DNA of 64,000 nt from Macrostomum lignano (Eukaryota), in assembly GCA_002269645.1 (NCBI GenBank), contig NIVC01003962.1:1-64000 (forward strand). Reading direction: 5' to 3'. The stretch's first letter is position 1; each line of letters begins with the position of its first letter. The position numbers were made by a program, and so were the translations under genes. Below are positions 45,490-64,000 of the stretch, in pieces. The notes below the pieces were generated by a model. That model did no database searches and was not told where the DNA came from. It saw nothing but the letters and a program-made list of their open reading frames with translations.

Positions 45490-45760
45490 CTCCCTGGTCT
45501 CTCCCTCTCCCTTCTCCCCTCCTTCTCTCCCTTTCCCCTCTCCCCCTCCTTCTCTCCCTCTCCCCTCTCCCCCTCCTTCTCTCCCTCTCCCTTCTCCCCT
45601 CCTTCTCTTCCTCTCCCCTCCTTCTCTCCCTCTCCCCTCTCCCCCTCCTTCTCTCCCTCTCCCCTCTCCCCCTCCTTTTCTCCCTCTCCTTCCCCCCCTA
45701 TCCCCTTTTTCCCTCTCTACCTCCCCCCCCTCTCTCTCTCTCTCTCTACCTACCTACCTA
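45490..45760. repeat. Polypyrimidine (cctctccc/ccttctctc) tract 3' of FAM78
   Basis: Directly visible. Confidence 0.9.
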
Positions 45761-46526
45761 TCTCCATCTTTTTCATTCACGAGTATACAACCTTTTTGCA
45801 CTCATTCACCCCGCATCAGATCCTAGGCGCCGATCAACTACAACGAGACGGCGCCTCCTGTATTTAAAGACACTTAATTTTTAATAATAATAAAGTCTGT
45901 AAAATGGCTGTAATAATGAATCACTTGCAGAGAGAGTTACACTGGGCAACTCGCAAGTGAAGCTTCCTTCTGTTCATTGTGAATTACAGAAGCAGCAAGC
46001 AGCAACCCCACTCCCACTCGCTAAACAATGACTCGGCATAATGGCAGGAACCAGTTTCGGGTGCGCGAAACCCGGCACACAAGACAGTCGGGGGATTAAG
46101 CGGCCGGGGATTTCCGCGGGCAGACAGACACAGACTGGGAAGTATGGGGCATGGCAATATAAATTTGAACAAACACGCACACAAAGCTTTTATAACTTTC
46201 TAACTCCAGATGCTAGCTATAATTAAAAGTCCCTGAACTATAGGAATCCATTTATAACCCAACCCCCTCCACCTTTGCTGGTTTTGTGCTGCACGCAGTT
46301 CCCTCTGGCCGATTGGGTCGGGATCCGTTTCACTGTACTCAGAAGTGAGTATGCATGCATAACCGCGTATGAAACGCTCGATACTTTTTCAATTTTTTTT
46401 CGCAATGAGGCCAACTAACTGAAAGTCGCATTTTAACAATTTGGTAAGTCTTGAATTCTTATAACAATTATAATTGTCTTTTCAAAAATTTAAACAAAGT
46501 GCAGAAAAATACATTTCGGTAAGAGC

Positions 46527-47355
46527 GGAACATGAATCTGATGGCGCCAAAATGAATCAGATGGCGCCAAAATGAATCTGATGGCGCCAAAATCAATCTG
46601 ATGGCGCCAAAATGAATTAGAATGGCGCCAAAGTGAATCTGACGGCGCCAAAATGAATCTGATGGCGCCAAAACGAATCAGATGGCGCAAAAATGAATTA
46701 GAATGGCGCCAAAATAAATCTGATAGCGCCAAAATAATCAGATGGCGCCGAAACGAATCAGATGACGCCAAAATGAATCTGATGACGCCAAAAGGAATCA
46801 GATGGCGCCAAACTGAATCTGATGGCGCCAAAATGAATCAGATGGCGCCAAAATGAATCAGATGGCGCCAAAATGAATCAGATGGCGCCAAACTGAATCT
46901 GATGGCGCCAAAATGAATTAGATGGCGCCAAAATGAATTAGAATGGCGCCAAAATGAATCAGATGGCGCCAAACTGAATCTGATGGCGCCAAAATGACTC
47001 TGATGGCGCCAAAACGAATCTGATGGCGCCAAAATGAATTAGATAGCGCCAAAATGAATCAGATGGCGCCAAAAAAATCAGATGGCGCCAGAACTAATTA
47101 GAAACGCGCCAAAATGAATCAGATGGAGCCAAAATGAATCAGATGGCGCCAAAATGAATCAGATGGCGCCAAAATGAATCAGATGGCGCCAAAATAAATC
47201 AGATGGCGCCAAAATGAATCTGATGGCGTCAAAAACAATCCGATGGCGCCAGAACTAATTAGAAAGGCGTCAAAATGAAATCTGATGGCGCCAAAATGAA
47301 TCAGATGGCGCCAAAACGAATTAGAATGGCGTCAAAATGAGTTTAAGGCGCCAAA
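46527..47355. repeat. 20-22-bp minisatellite gatggcgccaaaatgaatc(a/t), about 39 copies
   Basis: Its reverse complement (gattcattttggcgccatc) resembles the 10.5-kb unit. Confidence 0.95.
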
Positions 47356-47838
47356 AACATGTCTTAGGTAGCGGTGATTAAGAAAGCATTGACTCACCAG
47401 CATGCATAATCTACTCTCTACAGATTTAAACTCACACCGTATCCCCTGTCTGCGCTGTAGAAATACGAATAAAGAAGTTAACACGCTAAGTAAACAGCAA
47501 GCCATGCACAGATTTGCGTTTTCGTCCTTTCGATCAAAAAAATCTGTTCTAACAATCTGCTTCAGTCCCAGTGTTTCACAGTTCCTGCAGCTGCGACCGC
47601 TTATTCTAGATTAGCTGAGTTCGGGTGAGTCAACACTTACAGCTGAGTGGCTTTTGGACTGCAATAAGCTCTCTGCAGTACAGTTCTAGGCACCGGATGT
47701 TGGGCAGTCCCAGCAGTGCTTGCGATTTAACTGCCAAAATTGCCGACTAGAATGCAGAATTTTATTTTATGTGAAACCGCTTGATAGGAATGAAAAAAAT
47801 ATTGTCGGGTTTTGTGGTTAAAATTTTGGATACGGACC

Positions 47839-48202
<364 letters not shown>

Positions 48203-48469
48203 GCATCCGTAAACACCATTTTTTTTATTGGAGGCAGGAGGGTTGTGTGCACCCTGGCGCACTTTAAGCGACACGCACACAACCGGCGAGAGGCATTACT
48301 GCCCATTCCTCTGAGCAGGCATACAAGCGCGCGGATACGTACGCAGGCACACACTCCCACACAGGAGTGTACAGCGGCCCTAACTTTATAATATCGTTAG
48401 GCATGTACACTTCACTGCGCCTTGGGGGGGTTGACTCTCAAGGCCGTTAATTGCACGAGCAGAGCCAAG

Positions 48470-48570
48470 CCGAGATTCCAATTCAGCCCCAAATTAATGT
48501 GACTGCACTTGGAATCGAGCCTGGGTCGCTGGCACACCAGAGCCTTCGCTACCGCTGGGCTACGGCCCCC
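48470..48570 (-). mobile_element. tRNA-like SINE head just upstream of the MFSD2 start codon
   Basis: Minus strand ggggccgtagcccagcggtagcg...acccaggctcgattccaag carries A-box and B-box-like motifs; no complete cloverleaf. Confidence 0.45.
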
Positions 48571-48644
48571 CAGTAAACACCATAACACCATAACATAACA
48601 TCAGTAAAACCATAAAATTTCAGAGGTTATAATCCACCGTCTCT

Positions 48645-62922
<14,278 letters not shown>

Positions 62923-62984
62923 CTCTGGACTCTAACCTTTTGTTTATTTACGAGTAGATTAAGTGATTGATATGCGATTTCAAC

Positions 62985-63155
62985 AGACGATGACTCATTC
63001 TGTTTGACAGGCAATGACTCATTCTGTCTGACAGGTGATGACTCATTCTGTGTGACAGGTGATGACTCATTCTGTCTGACAGGTGATGACTCATTCTGTC
63101 TGACAGGTGATGACTCATTCTGTCTGACAGGTGATGACTCATTCTGTCTGACAGC
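62985..63155. repeat. 24-bp minisatellite gacaggtgatgactcattctgtct, 7 copies, 3' of MFSD2
   Basis: Directly visible. Confidence 0.95.
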
Positions 63156-63599
63156 AAACAAACTACAATAGTGACTTGTTACGTGTAAACCACGGTATAG
63201 GAAATGTTAATTTACTCTTCCAAATTTTAGCATGTTTTCAGATTGCTGTTAAATTCATACTATTGAAATTGCACATAAACTGGTGTTATTTAACTATTTT
63301 TAGTACAGCTGTCAACAAATATATTACAGGAGGGCCAAATTTATAAATTTCGTAACGAGTATGCAAAGCTTCTGAGATATGCGGTAAATTATACGGCATT
63401 ACACTGCACTTGTTACTGCAAGTAGGCTCTGCGTAGATACTGAATATTAATGAAAATATTGATGGGTGATAGGCATTTTTCACGGAAAAAAGAGCTGAAA
63501 TTAACGAAATAGATATTTTCCTGTTTTTGGCTGTTTAGCGCTGCTGACACCCTGTGTTTGGGACATCTGATATAATGTTGCTTTAATATATGCATCTCA

Positions 63600-64000
63600 C
63601 ACGCTGGGTTTGGTGTTCCTGTCATCCTTGATTTAATGTTCTGTCCACCCTGGGTTTGGTGTTCCTGTCACTCTGGGTTTGGTGTTCCTGTCACCCTGGG
63701 TTTGGTGTTCCTGTCACCCTGTGTTTGGTGTTCCTGTCACCCTGTGTTTGGTGTTCCTGTCACCCTGTGTTTGGTGTTCCTGTCCACCCTGGGTTTGGTG
63801 TTCCTGTCACTCTGGGTTTGGTGTTCCTGTCACTCTGGGTTTGGTGTTCCTGTCACCCTGGGTTTGGTGTTCCTGTCACCCTGGGTTTGGTGTTCCTGTC
63901 ACCCTGGGTTTGGTGTTCCTGTCACCCTGTGTTTGGTGTTCCTGTCACCCTGTGTTTGGTGTTCCTGTCCACCCTGGGTTTGGTGTTCCTGTCACTCTGG
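63600..64000. repeat. 23-24-bp minisatellite cctgggtttggtgttcctgtcac running off the window end
   Basis: At least 15 copies. Confidence 0.95.

Overview
This is eukaryotic (metazoan) genomic DNA, not prokaryotic. The style of GC-rich exons, AT-rich spacers and minisatellite-filled introns suggests a free-living flatworm such as Macrostomum, but that is an inference only. By tracing GT-AG splice sites and checking frame across each junction I reconstructed seven complete genes. On the minus strand: an intronless DEG/ENaC channel, JMJD4 (5 exons), NUDT8 (3 exons) and RPE (3 exons). On the plus strand: TBC1D25 (7 core exons plus candidate 9-nt and 90-nt cassette exons), a FAM78 homolog (3 exons) and an MFSD2-type transporter (6 exons). 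About 30 distinct tandem arrays are present, and 16 of the 21 core introns each carry their own array, including a 10.8-kb one. One array lies inside a TIR-bounded element with a 9-bp target-site duplication. Several MITEs, a tRNA-derived SINE family and a locally CpG-depleted zone are also visible. Almost all long ORFs in the supplied track other than real exons are repeat artefacts. Array boundaries are approximate; exon boundaries were counted base by base.
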